In this document: in pieces, positions 1 through 9,318 of the stretch
Position numbering within the stretch: the first letter of the stretch is position 1
Layout: each line of letters begins with the position of its first letter
IMG/VR virus record: IMGVR_UViG_2534682222_000007
Coordinates: 1-13,779 of that record
Length of the DNA: 13,779 nucleotides
Direction: 5' to 3' (one strand)
Source: a virus
Taxonomy: Duplodnaviria > Heunggongvirae > Uroviricota > Caudoviricetes
The notes under the pieces: generated by a model
What the model saw: the letters and a program-made list of their open reading frames with translations, nothing else
Told to the model about the DNA's origin: nothing
The model's database searches: none
Position numbers and translations under genes: made by a program

Positions 1-1169
1 ACGCGACCCAGGATCAGGCCGTAACTGATGCCGTTGCGCAGCGTCTTCAGCGCGCGGCGTTGCAGACGGTCGATGCCGTTCTGCTCGTAGTACAGCGGGT
101 TAACAGTGGTGTTTGACCCGTTGATGATTTCGTTGGCCAGATCCAGCTCAAGGTTGATTGCAGTCCATGCTACTGAGTACCAGTAGTTGAACGGATTGCC
201 GTCCAGCATGTGGCCTGCCACCAGCATTTTGTTGCTCAGCCCACCTTCCGCGGCGGTACCGACGTAGTTGATGCTGTTATCCTGGAGCTGCTTTAGGAGC
301 GTGCCATTACCTTCGACCGGATACTCTGTAACCCCGTAACCAAATCGGTACGCCATCGGTGGCACCATGTTTGACGATCCAGGGTCGTTTGCCAGCGAGG
401 ACTGGAACGGGAACGCCATGGAAAACTCGCCTGCTGGGATGTTTGTTGACTCCACTCCCGCAAACACAGATTTGTTTTTGGTGGCGACCCACGCCGGGTA
501 GGTGGCGATCGTGGTGGTGACAAAGAAATACACCAGTGACGCCGGGCTGGTATACAGGCCAGTCAGGGTTTTAAACGTCGTCTCACCGTCCCACTCGCGC
601 GGCACCAGATACGAGAAGAATTTCTGGTAGGTGTTACCCAGAGAAATGTCTTCATCGATGAAGTCAGCCAGTGCAGCCACAGCAGCAGCGACAGACACGT
701 CGCCCAGCTCCAGCACGTAGACCGCGCGGGTAGTTCCCTGAGCCCAGAACGTGGTGTTCATCTCGATGATTTCGTTTGCCGCTACGGTTTTCACCGTACC
801 CATAACTGTTGCCGTTCCTGGGTCTGTAGCCAACGGATAAGTGAAGGCGGTAGAAGTGGTCACAGTGGCGGTTACGGCGCGGTTATAAGCTGCTGGAGTA
901 ACGCCAGAGACAACCAGCGGGATAGTGTTGCCAACGTTCCAGCCATGCGCTGCCGAGAGGGTCACCGTGACCACGCCGGTTGCCCAGGTGATAGTTGAAA
1001 TAGTTTTAGCCGGTGAGGTGATATCCTTCAGATCGTCTTTCGTCGTCAGGAGCTGGTACTCACCTGCAGCCAGGGTTGTTCCGCCCATGGAGATCATCGC
1101 GCCGGATTTGAGCAGCTGAGAGGGCTTCGGTGGATTGGTCACCGAGACGTTAATGTTAACAATTGCCAT
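1..1169 (-). CDS. Phage virion structural protein, partial (ATG at 1167-1169, C-terminus runs past window position 1); Ig-like Ala/Thr/Gly-rich domain near the N-terminus
   Basis: Manual translation of the minus strand from the ATG at 1167-1169 (MAIVNINVSVTNPPKPSQLL...) stays open to position 1 (about 389 codons). GGAG sits about 10 nt upstream. The gene is not in the supplied ORF track because it has no stop inside the window. Residues about 56-128 resemble the C-terminal domain of the 4554..5414 protein. Function (tail or neck) is not resolved. Confidence 0.5.
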   Translation of the reverse strand, partial: MAIVNINVSVTNPPKPSQLLKSGAMISMGGTTLAAGEYQLLTTKDDLKDITSPAKTISTITWATGVVTVTLSAAHGWNVGNTIPLVVSGVTPAAYNRAVTATVTTSTAFTYPLATDPGTATVMGTVKTVAANEIIEMNTTFWAQGTTRAVYVLELGDVSVAAAVAALADFIDEDISLGNTYQKFFSYLVPREWDGETTFKTLTGLYTSPASLVYFFVTTTIATYPAWVATKNKSVFAGVESTNIPAGEFSMAFPFQSSLANDPGSSNMVPPMAYRFGYGVTEYPVEGNGTLLKQLQDNSINYVGTAAEGGLSNKMLVAGHMLDGNPFNYWYSVAWTAINLELDLANEIINGSNTTVNPLYYEQNGIDRLQRRALKTLRNGISYGLILGR

Positions 1170-1173
1170 TTAT

Positions 1174-2115
1174 TTATTTCTCCGGGTAAATGGACGGAAT
1201 CGCTGACGTGATCAGCCTGCGCGCGACATTCCGCATGCGCTGCTGGTAATAGTTGACTTTGAACTTGATGGTTTTTCTCATGGCGATGATGTTCAGCTCG
1301 TTCTGCGTGACGCGCTCGTCCTGAACGACCGGGATATTCATCACGCCCATTTCCGCGTCATCGCCGAGCGTGTACTGCTGTACGTACCTCAGGAAATCTT
1401 CAACTCCGGCATTGCGCAGGCCAGTAATGGAGATCGTCACATCCTCGGAAACCAGCTGATACTGGTTCTGCTGCTCATCAAGGTAAAAGCTCCCGGCAAT
1501 CGGCGCGGTGTTGCTGCACTTCACCGTTGCATACGGCGGAGACAGGTTCTGCGTCGACAGCATGGCCGGGAACATAGGCATGTACTGACTCAGCGTCAGC
1601 CATACCGGCAATGAACTCGAAACCACCACATCAGCCAGATCGATGTCATCTGCAGAGTTGATGATCTGCGATCGCATGTAGGGGAATATTGCCTCACCTG
1701 TGTAGTGGTAGAGGTTGGCCGGTTCGTTCAACCCGGTGCGCCGGGAGAAGGAAAACTGAAGGCCAAAGAACTCGCCGATATACAGGACATCAGATCCGAT
1801 ATCGTTGAACGGGTCGATATCCGCCTGCGCGGTAAAAGTTACGACGTTCCGGTCGTAGAGTTGTTCATCGCCCTGTATGGTCTCGGTCGTCAGGTGCAGA
1901 TAACCTTTGACATCGACCGTATCTGGCTCGCTGCTCGGGTCGTCCGACAGAACAGACGCTTTCACCCAGAAGACGAAACCATCAAGCGGGAGAACCTTGC
2001 GGATATACTTCGTGAACGTGACCACCTGAAAGCGGCTCAGGTCATCAAGACCCTGCGTCAGCGTGGCGTTAAGCTCGGTTTTTGCAGTTTGCTGCAACTC
2101 ATCCAGGGAAGGCAT
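1174..2115 (-). CDS. Hypothetical phage virion-associated protein (313 aa)
   Basis: Long minus-strand ORF with an ATG start at 2113-2115, overlapping the upstream gene by 16 nt and tightly packed in the structural operon. No motif recognised by eye. Confidence 0.5.
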   Translation of the reverse strand: MPSLDELQQTAKTELNATLTQGLDDLSRFQVVTFTKYIRKVLPLDGFVFWVKASVLSDDPSSEPDTVDVKGYLHLTTETIQGDEQLYDRNVVTFTAQADIDPFNDIGSDVLYIGEFFGLQFSFSRRTGLNEPANLYHYTGEAIFPYMRSQIINSADDIDLADVVVSSSLPVWLTLSQYMPMFPAMLSTQNLSPPYATVKCSNTAPIAGSFYLDEQQNQYQLVSEDVTISITGLRNAGVEDFLRYVQQYTLGDDAEMGVMNIPVVQDERVTQNELNIIAMRKTIKFKVNYYQQRMRNVARRLITSAIPSIYPEK

Positions 2116-2533
2116 TTAGCACCCCGCTCACCCAGGCGCGCATAGCGGCCTGATAAGTTCCGGTATCGATGAATGACGGGCGCGGTGGCCCCTTTTTGTT
2201 CTTGAATCGCCGGGAGATGCCGTCCAGCGCGCGGCGCGTAGGCACACCAGGTAATCCGTTCATTTCGGTGTTGTCGAGGAAGGCGACAAACAGGTCATGG
2301 ATCCGTGACATTGACTCTGCCAGAGGGTCCCTTAACGGCGGCGCGCCAGCCAGCATATTTTCAAGATTTGCGGCGAGGTCTTTACTCATCAGGTCGGCGA
2401 TGTCGTTTCCGTACCTGTCAAAAAAGGTCTGCATAATCTGGTATTTTTCTTCCAGATATTCAGCAACATCCCCTGTCGTGGTGTTCTCATCTTCGTAGGG
2501 AAGGTCGATAACACCAAGATGAAAGGTGATCAT
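2099..2533 (-). CDS. Hypothetical phage protein (144 aa), possibly head-tail joining or virion morphogenesis
   Basis: ORF 2099..2545 re-set to the ATG at 2531-2533 (MITFHLGV...), which forms an ATGA overlap with the stop of the upstream gene. Its position after the capsid gene is the only basis for the functional guess. Confidence 0.45.
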   Translation of the reverse strand: MITFHLGVIDLPYEDENTTTGDVAEYLEEKYQIMQTFFDRYGNDIADLMSKDLAANLENMLAGAPPLRDPLAESMSRIHDLFVAFLDNTEMNGLPGVPTRRALDGISRRFKNKKGPPRPSFIDTGTYQAAMRAWVSGVLNAFPG

Positions 2534-2958
2534 GACAGCCCCCACAAACTACCGAACTGCTGGGCAATCATCAGATAGCGGCGTCCCCAGGGGTCCTGCA
2601 ACATTTGCAGATCGGCCAGAGACAAATCTTTGAAGAAGTCAGGCACCAGACGCTGCGCGCTGGTTGAGTTATCCCCGGCCCCCGTTATCACGCCAGCCTT
2701 GAAATTGTTAAGGCCATACTCTTTCCTGAACTCGGCGAATACCGATTCCGTGCCATAGTTGACCAGGAATGACGCGCCCAGGTTGTACACGGCAACGGTG
2801 TACAGATTCGGCGTGACGCACGCGATATCAGGGTTTACCCACTCAACCGCGCCGCCATACGCCAGGGTGAAAGACGGCGAGTCGTCGGGAACCTGCGCGG
2901 CGGTAACGCCCATGTCAGTTCGAACGAATTCGATGAATCCCGACAGGCTCGTTGTCAT
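2530..2958 (-). CDS. Hypothetical phage protein (142 aa), possible head-tail connector or head completion protein
   Basis: Minus-strand ORF with an ATG at 2956-2958 in ATGA overlap with the upstream stop. Translational coupling within the morphogenesis operon. Confidence 0.45.
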   Translation of the reverse strand: MTTSLSGFIEFVRTDMGVTAAQVPDDSPSFTLAYGGAVEWVNPDIACVTPNLYTVAVYNLGASFLVNYGTESVFAEFRKEYGLNNFKAGVITGAGDNSTSAQRLVPDFFKDLSLADLQMLQDPWGRRYLMIAQQFGSLWGLS

Positions 2959-3437
2959 TTTTTCTTGCTCCCGGATTTTTCAGTCACGATTGTTTCGTTA
3001 ACCGTTGGGGTGTCTTCGCTGTCTTCGCGGCCTTTCGCCTGCTCCGCGCTGACTTCCATTTCGCCGGAATAGCCGGTACCGCTTTCGCGCAGAGAACTAT
3101 CCAGAGCCGCTACGGATGCCTGGCGACGGCCGTGGGCGCCACGGGTCAGGTGAATATCGTTATCGCGGATTGCTTTTTCGATTACCGGCGCTGATACAGG
3201 CTTGTTTAGGCTGTAGCACAGGCCGACAAACGCCTGGCTCTGGTCGATTTTTGTCGAGTCAACCAGACCATAAACCTGATGGTGCTGCACCACCGCTTCA
3301 ATCTCTTCAGTTGTGCCATCCAGTACCATCATCTGGTCGCCGTGGTTAATCGGGATCTGAATAAGGCGGCCGGTCTCCAGCTTGCGATAGGCGAAAATCT
3401 GGCGCTGCTTGGTGGTGTTAGCGATATAGAGTTTCAT
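2955..3437 (-). CDS. Hypothetical phage protein (160 aa) with an acidic/Lys-rich, probably disordered C-terminal tail
   Basis: ATG at 3435-3437 with GAGGG about 7 nt upstream, immediately after the terminator that follows the capsid gene. The C-terminus (...EDSEDTPTVNETIVTEKSGSKKK) is low-complexity. Confidence 0.5.
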   Translation of the reverse strand: MKLYIANTTKQRQIFAYRKLETGRLIQIPINHGDQMMVLDGTTEEIEAVVQHHQVYGLVDSTKIDQSQAFVGLCYSLNKPVSAPVIEKAIRDNDIHLTRGAHGRRQASVAALDSSLRESGTGYSGEMEVSAEQAKGREDSEDTPTVNETIVTEKSGSKKK

Positions 3438-3450
3438 TGGTTACCCTCGT

Positions 3451-3484
3451 AAAAAAGCCCCTGCTGAGTTTCCCCGGCAGAGGC
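3451..3484 (-). terminator. Candidate intrinsic terminator after the major capsid gene (likely partial)
   Basis: On the minus-strand RNA, an 8-bp GC-rich stem (plus coordinates 3457-3464 pairing with 3477-3484, one G-U pair), a 12-nt loop, then UUUUUU (plus A-run 3451-3456). It lies between the capsid stop (3506) and the next start (3437). Confidence 0.5.
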
Positions 3485-3505
3485 TTAACCACTTCAAAGA
3501 ATGAA

Positions 3506-4537
3506 TCAGGCGCTGTACGCCATGGACAGGATGGTGATTGCTTCCGGACGAACTGCCCAGCCTGCGGTAGAACGCATTTCGGACAGAACATCGATGGCAC
3601 CACCAGCGATCGGCGTCGGAATCTCACGCGGCGCGGCCATGTCGGTAAACATCAGCGCGTTCGCGGCAAGAGACGGGGTCAGCTTGGCGAATTCGTTGGT
3701 GTTCACAGTCGAGTTGACCATTGGCACTTCGACCTCAGGGATGGTGATTACCACCGCATCGGTACCGCCAGCGCCAGCGCCGATCAATGTATCGTCATAC
3801 ACCCAGTCAACCTGGACGTTTGCGCCTTTCAGCACTTCTTTCACCGTGCCGCCGACGGTGTCAGTACCACCACCAGGACGCTGGTAAGAAGTCAGCTGAA
3901 CGATCTGCTGAATCTCCATGGCACCGAGGACGCGCTGCGGCCCCAGGATAACAACACGCTGCTGGCGACCCAGCTGCATGGTGCGGGTCAGTGCTGCCTG
4001 CACGTGGCCCAGAAGATATACCGCCATCTGCCCGTGGTCATAGGTTAGCACGGTGGTGTTGCTGTTGCTGTCAGGAGGCAGGGACTCGGTAGTCGCGCCA
4101 GCGGTGTTCAGCAGGCCTTCACCACCAGCAGGGTTCATGCCATACAGCAGAGCAGAGCGCAGTTGCTGGAAGATGCCCTGACGCATACCCAGACGCTGGG
4201 CTTCCGGCAGTGCAAAGTTCCAGTTACCGGCAGCGGCCATGTCATGGTGATCGTAGATACCACGGCAGCGGAACAGGTAGGTTGGGGTTGAAATCATCTT
4301 CGCATCCAGCGCCACGCTCGGCAGTTGGTTACCGTTACCGGACTGACTGGAAGTGGTCTGGGTGCGAATATCCAGGCGGCGCATGTAGACGTACTGATCT
4401 CCTACGCCGAGACGGACTTGCGGGTTACCGCTGGCGATGGTTTCAAACGCACCTGACGCCTGCTGGTAACCAATGATCATCTCCGGCGCGATGTACGACG
4501 GATTGACGATGGTGTAGCTGGGGGTAATTGCAGCCAT
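3506..4537 (-). CDS. Putative major capsid protein (343 aa)
   Basis: ATG at 4535-4537 with GGAG upstream. Size and position (after scaffold and decoration-like genes, followed by a terminator) fit a major capsid protein. Family assignment is from memory of similar phage clusters, not a search. Confidence 0.6.
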   Translation of the reverse strand: MAAITPSYTIVNPSYIAPEMIIGYQQASGAFETIASGNPQVRLGVGDQYVYMRRLDIRTQTTSSQSGNGNQLPSVALDAKMISTPTYLFRCRGIYDHHDMAAAGNWNFALPEAQRLGMRQGIFQQLRSALLYGMNPAGGEGLLNTAGATTESLPPDSNSNTTVLTYDHGQMAVYLLGHVQAALTRTMQLGRQQRVVILGPQRVLGAMEIQQIVQLTSYQRPGGGTDTVGGTVKEVLKGANVQVDWVYDDTLIGAGAGGTDAVVITIPEVEVPMVNSTVNTNEFAKLTPSLAANALMFTDMAAPREIPTPIAGGAIDVLSEMRSTAGWAVRPEAITILSMAYSA

Positions 4538-4553
4538 TTAATTCAGCTCCCGA

Positions 4554-5414
4554 TTAAAGTAAGACCAGCGCGCAGCTGTCGGTGTTATTCCAGGTCAGGA
4601 AACCAGTCGCGCTGTCATAGCTGACAGTCTTGGAGTTGCCTGATTCGATGGCGAGCACTTTTACCGGCAGCGTGATGTCGGAAAGCGTAACTGCGCCGAT
4701 GGTGCCCTGCGTGGTTGCAGCGCCGCCTGGTGCAGTTGCCGGTGCATAGGTGAAGGTCGTTGTGTTCACGACTGAAAGCACGACTACTGTGCCGTTGTAC
4801 GCCGCAGGAGCGACGCCGCTGATTTTCACGTACTGACCAGCAGTCAGGCCATGAGCTGAAGCGGTTACCGCTGTCGCCACACCATTGGCATAGGTCACTG
4901 CTGTTGTCGCAATATCAGAACCGGCGAAACCGGCCGCCGCCGCAGTGGTGATCTGGTTGTTCACGAAGTCCCAGGCCAGAGGCGTTTTCACTGACGCGCC
5001 GGAGGTGCCAAGCGCAACAACCTGCGCAGAAGCTTTCAACGGAACGCGCATGTTGGAGCCCAGGCGGTAGTACGAAACGCTCATGCCTGATGCGTACAGC
5101 GGAACCGGTGACTGCGGAGTGGTCAGGCCGTTGTGAGCCTGATTGAAGACAGTGAAGCCTTCCAGCTCGGCAACAGACACAGCGCGACGGATGTAAGAAC
5201 CGCGAGGGCTTGAACTGGTGCCAGGCAGAAGCTCAGCAACTGGCAGACCGCCCCAGAGAGGTTTGTTTTCCGTTGCCGCCACAGTACCCGCCGCCAGGTT
5301 AAAGCGGTTAGCCGGGTCATCAAGCGCCACGCCCTGAATATAACCGTCGGACTGCACACCGAAGGAGCCAAGCGCATTCGTGGTTGCCATCGGGTTAAGA
5401 GATAAGTTAGCCAT
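4554..5414 (-). CDS. Putative head decoration / accessory structural protein (286 aa) with a C-terminal Ig-like domain
   Basis: ATG at 5412-5414, sited between the scaffold and capsid genes (the position lambda D occupies). The C-terminal region (...VTASAHGLTAGQYVKISGVAPAAYNGTVVV...TFTYAPATAPGG...) is Ala/Thr/Gly-rich and paralogous to the N-terminal domain of the 1..1169 protein. Confidence 0.45.
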   Translation of the reverse strand: MANLSLNPMATTNALGSFGVQSDGYIQGVALDDPANRFNLAAGTVAATENKPLWGGLPVAELLPGTSSSPRGSYIRRAVSVAELEGFTVFNQAHNGLTTPQSPVPLYASGMSVSYYRLGSNMRVPLKASAQVVALGTSGASVKTPLAWDFVNNQITTAAAAGFAGSDIATTAVTYANGVATAVTASAHGLTAGQYVKISGVAPAAYNGTVVVLSVVNTTTFTYAPATAPGGAATTQGTIGAVTLSDITLPVKVLAIESGNSKTVSYDSATGFLTWNNTDSCALVLL

Positions 5415-5429
5415 GCTTGAGAGCTCCCG

Positions 5430-7052
<1,623 letters not shown>

Positions 7053-7061
7053 TTAATGCTC

Positions 7062-7892
7062 CTATGCTGATTTCATAGACGCCATGAACTTCTGCCCCTT
7101 CTGGGTCAGCATGTGTTCAGGAATACTCCGGAGGTTGTACAGATAGGTTACGTAACACCGGCAAAAAACCTCTTCTCCGGGCTGCGTAATTTCATCGAGA
7201 TAACCGGAAGGCCCCACCTTCACGTAACCGTTTTTTTGTGCCCAGTTACCGCGGATGAGATAGACCACCTTATCGCGCTCTTTGTGATCTTCCCGGTAGT
7301 CATAACCTGCCTGCCGCCAGTGACTATGCCACTCTGCAGCTATGGCGTTATTACTGGCAGCTATGATGTTGTCGATGTTTGCAATGAGTTTATGGTTCTG
7401 ATCAATCATCACCCGACGCGCTTCAAAATCAATTTGCAAGGCGCTTTTCTGAATGTGATCACAGTTGTAATTAACCCCGCTTTTGGATGATGGAGATAGT
7501 CCACCTCCAACGTAATCCTGCACAGGGATGCTGGTAGCCCACCCGCTAAATCTCTGGACTGTTTTGTTTATCGCGCCTGTACGATTTAACTTAATTAAGT
7601 CGGCGCTAGCCAAGATGCGTCTATCAAGCTCGCTTCTTAACTTAGGCTCCATGTAATTCAGAGTAAATCGAGACAAGCCTGGATGCCGATCCAGCGCCTT
7701 AGCCCTGTTTATCTGCATTTCATAGGTTGATCGAAGCTTATCTGACACCCTTGATATGTAGTCATCATGGGTTTCGCTTTCCGCCGCCTGGCGAATAATT
7801 CCCTGCCATCGCTCCAGCTCCTCTCTCGAGGTATAGCCATTGCGCAAGAAGAATTTAACCGCCTCCCTTACTGTTCTGGAAAATTTGCTCAT
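7062..7892 (-). CDS. Putative head morphogenesis / minor head protein (Mu F / SPP1 gp7-like, 276 aa)
   Basis: ATG at 7890-7892 in ATGA overlap with the portal stop. Position directly after the portal gene and a C-terminal CRC motif (EEVFCRCYVTY) that I recall as conserved in Mu F-like proteins. Confidence 0.55.
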   Translation of the reverse strand: MSKFSRTVREAVKFFLRNGYTSREELERWQGIIRQAAESETHDDYISRVSDKLRSTYEMQINRAKALDRHPGLSRFTLNYMEPKLRSELDRRILASADLIKLNRTGAINKTVQRFSGWATSIPVQDYVGGGLSPSSKSGVNYNCDHIQKSALQIDFEARRVMIDQNHKLIANIDNIIAASNNAIAAEWHSHWRQAGYDYREDHKERDKVVYLIRGNWAQKNGYVKVGPSGYLDEITQPGEEVFCRCYVTYLYNLRSIPEHMLTQKGQKFMASMKSA

Positions 7893-9307
7893 AGCATCAT
7901 CCCGCCGCCAGGCTCTTCAGCTTTCGGCGGCTCAGGCGGTGGGTTTTCCTTCAGAGAGTCGTAATCGAGGTTAAGCCGCTGAGGGAATAGGTTCTCGTTG
8001 GCGTTGGCGTTTTCACACGCCCACTCGATCAGCGTCGCGCGGTTTTCCGGGTCAGCAGTGAGTTGCGGCAGCACCACTTCCAGCATACTGACGATCGCCT
8101 TAAAGCGCGTTTCGTCGACCTTCACCTTCTCGCTTTCCGGCTCTTTCAGGGGGGATGGCCAGCGATATTCGAAGTTGTTTATCCAGCTCGCGAAATACAC
8201 GCTGTAGGTGTTTTTCAGCTCCGGGAAGTCAGCACGCAGCGACTGGAAGAATTCAATGCTCCAGGCGCGGTACTGGCACACGCGGATGAAGAACGCATAA
8301 AGCGGGTCCAGCCACTCGCGGATGTTGTCGATGTACACCGCTACAGCGCGTGCATCTTCAGTGCCTTCACCGAAGCCCTGGGCGAACGTCTCGGAGTTGA
8401 GGATGATTGCCGGCATGTCAGCGGCGGCGGCCACGTTCTCGAGAATGTGCTTACGCGCAGAGTCGAGAGGTTTTTCCAGGTTGCTCAGGTCGATTGACTC
8501 GATACCATCCTGCGGTCCAATCTGCAGGACCTCACCAGTTTTACCTCGCTTCAGCAGCATGCGCTTGAATCCACCTAGCGCCTGCATAACTTTGTTAACA
8601 ACCGCGCCAGCGCCTGCAATTTTGGTAATTAGCAGTCCGCCTTTAACCGCAACCATGTCATCAGTGCGCATGGTCTGAATGAAGGATTTCAGCGGGAAAA
8701 GCGCACGCTGATACACACTGCGTCCGGTGAACCCGAACGCCGCAGGGTTGTACGCGAGATAAATAGGATCTTCGTTCTGCGCGACTATGCATCGCGATTT
8801 GTGGTATGGCTTGCCAGCCACACGAATGCCTTCGACTTTCTGGAAGTCATGGGCGTTTGGGTCCTGGTTCAGCACGATACTGCCCGCGGTATTCAACGGA
8901 TCGAGAATGTTAAAGCTGACGTTGTGCTTGTACAGCGTGCGGTAGTCCAGCGATTCATTCGGCTCCTGGTTATCCACCAGCATTGCTATCGCTGATACGC
9001 CGTAAATACGGGCTATGCGCGCGGCGTTGGCGATGTGCTGGTTCGCACCCATCTCTTTCCATTCGCGCTCGAACGCGTCGCGCAGGCGCTGCTCAAGGCC
9101 GTACGACTGGGCAACATGCACGGTGCGCGGCTCATTCATCGCCATTTTAATCGGGCGATCCACCATCTTTCCGCCCAGGGGGTGGAAGAGATAAATCGTC
9201 TTGCAGGCCTGATACCCAGCCGAGGAACCAGGCTGAATATCGTCGCTGTCCAGCAATGCCATCAACTCTGGAGAGCAGCTGCCGATTTCGAAATCGTCTT
9301 CGTTCAT
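7889..9307 (-). CDS. Putative portal protein (472 aa)
   Basis: ATG at 9305-9307, immediately downstream of the large terminase gene, with size typical of a portal and an acidic C-terminus. Assignment is by synteny; no diagnostic motif was verified. Confidence 0.6.
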   Translation of the reverse strand: MNEDDFEIGSCSPELMALLDSDDIQPGSSAGYQACKTIYLFHPLGGKMVDRPIKMAMNEPRTVHVAQSYGLEQRLRDAFEREWKEMGANQHIANAARIARIYGVSAIAMLVDNQEPNESLDYRTLYKHNVSFNILDPLNTAGSIVLNQDPNAHDFQKVEGIRVAGKPYHKSRCIVAQNEDPIYLAYNPAAFGFTGRSVYQRALFPLKSFIQTMRTDDMVAVKGGLLITKIAGAGAVVNKVMQALGGFKRMLLKRGKTGEVLQIGPQDGIESIDLSNLEKPLDSARKHILENVAAAADMPAIILNSETFAQGFGEGTEDARAVAVYIDNIREWLDPLYAFFIRVCQYRAWSIEFFQSLRADFPELKNTYSVYFASWINNFEYRWPSPLKEPESEKVKVDETRFKAIVSMLEVVLPQLTADPENRATLIEWACENANANENLFPQRLNLDYDSLKENPPPEPPKAEEPGGGMML

Positions 9308-9318
9308 TGGTTCTCTCG

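Noticed and set aside
293-523. Minus-strand ORFs 293..523 and 307..492
   Set aside because: Both lie inside the long open frame that starts at 1169 but in different frames; the 1..1169 frame is preferred.
3437-4048. Plus-strand ORFs (3437..4048 and 3501..3887) opposite the major capsid gene
   Set aside because: Antisense to a well-supported gene in a GC-rich region, with no ribosome-binding site and Arg/Gly/Thr-rich composition typical of spurious antisense frames. The same reasoning applies to the other plus-strand ORFs in the track (925..1119, 1705..2145, 2169..2498, 2759..3001, 2952..3194, 3116..3349, 4210..4476, 6292..6549, 6861..7070, 7113..7490, 7767..7964, 7998..8207, 8063..8497, 8322..8678, 8801..8995, 9035..9361, 9436..9693, 9536..9787, 9954..10202, 11055..11246, 11182..11424, 11605..11862, 12124..12558, 12807..13091).
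7225-7245. T-run (cgtttttttg) on the plus strand that could mark a plus-strand terminator
   Set aside because: No convincing GC-rich hairpin precedes it, it lies inside the Mu F-like coding sequence, and no plus-strand gene would use it.
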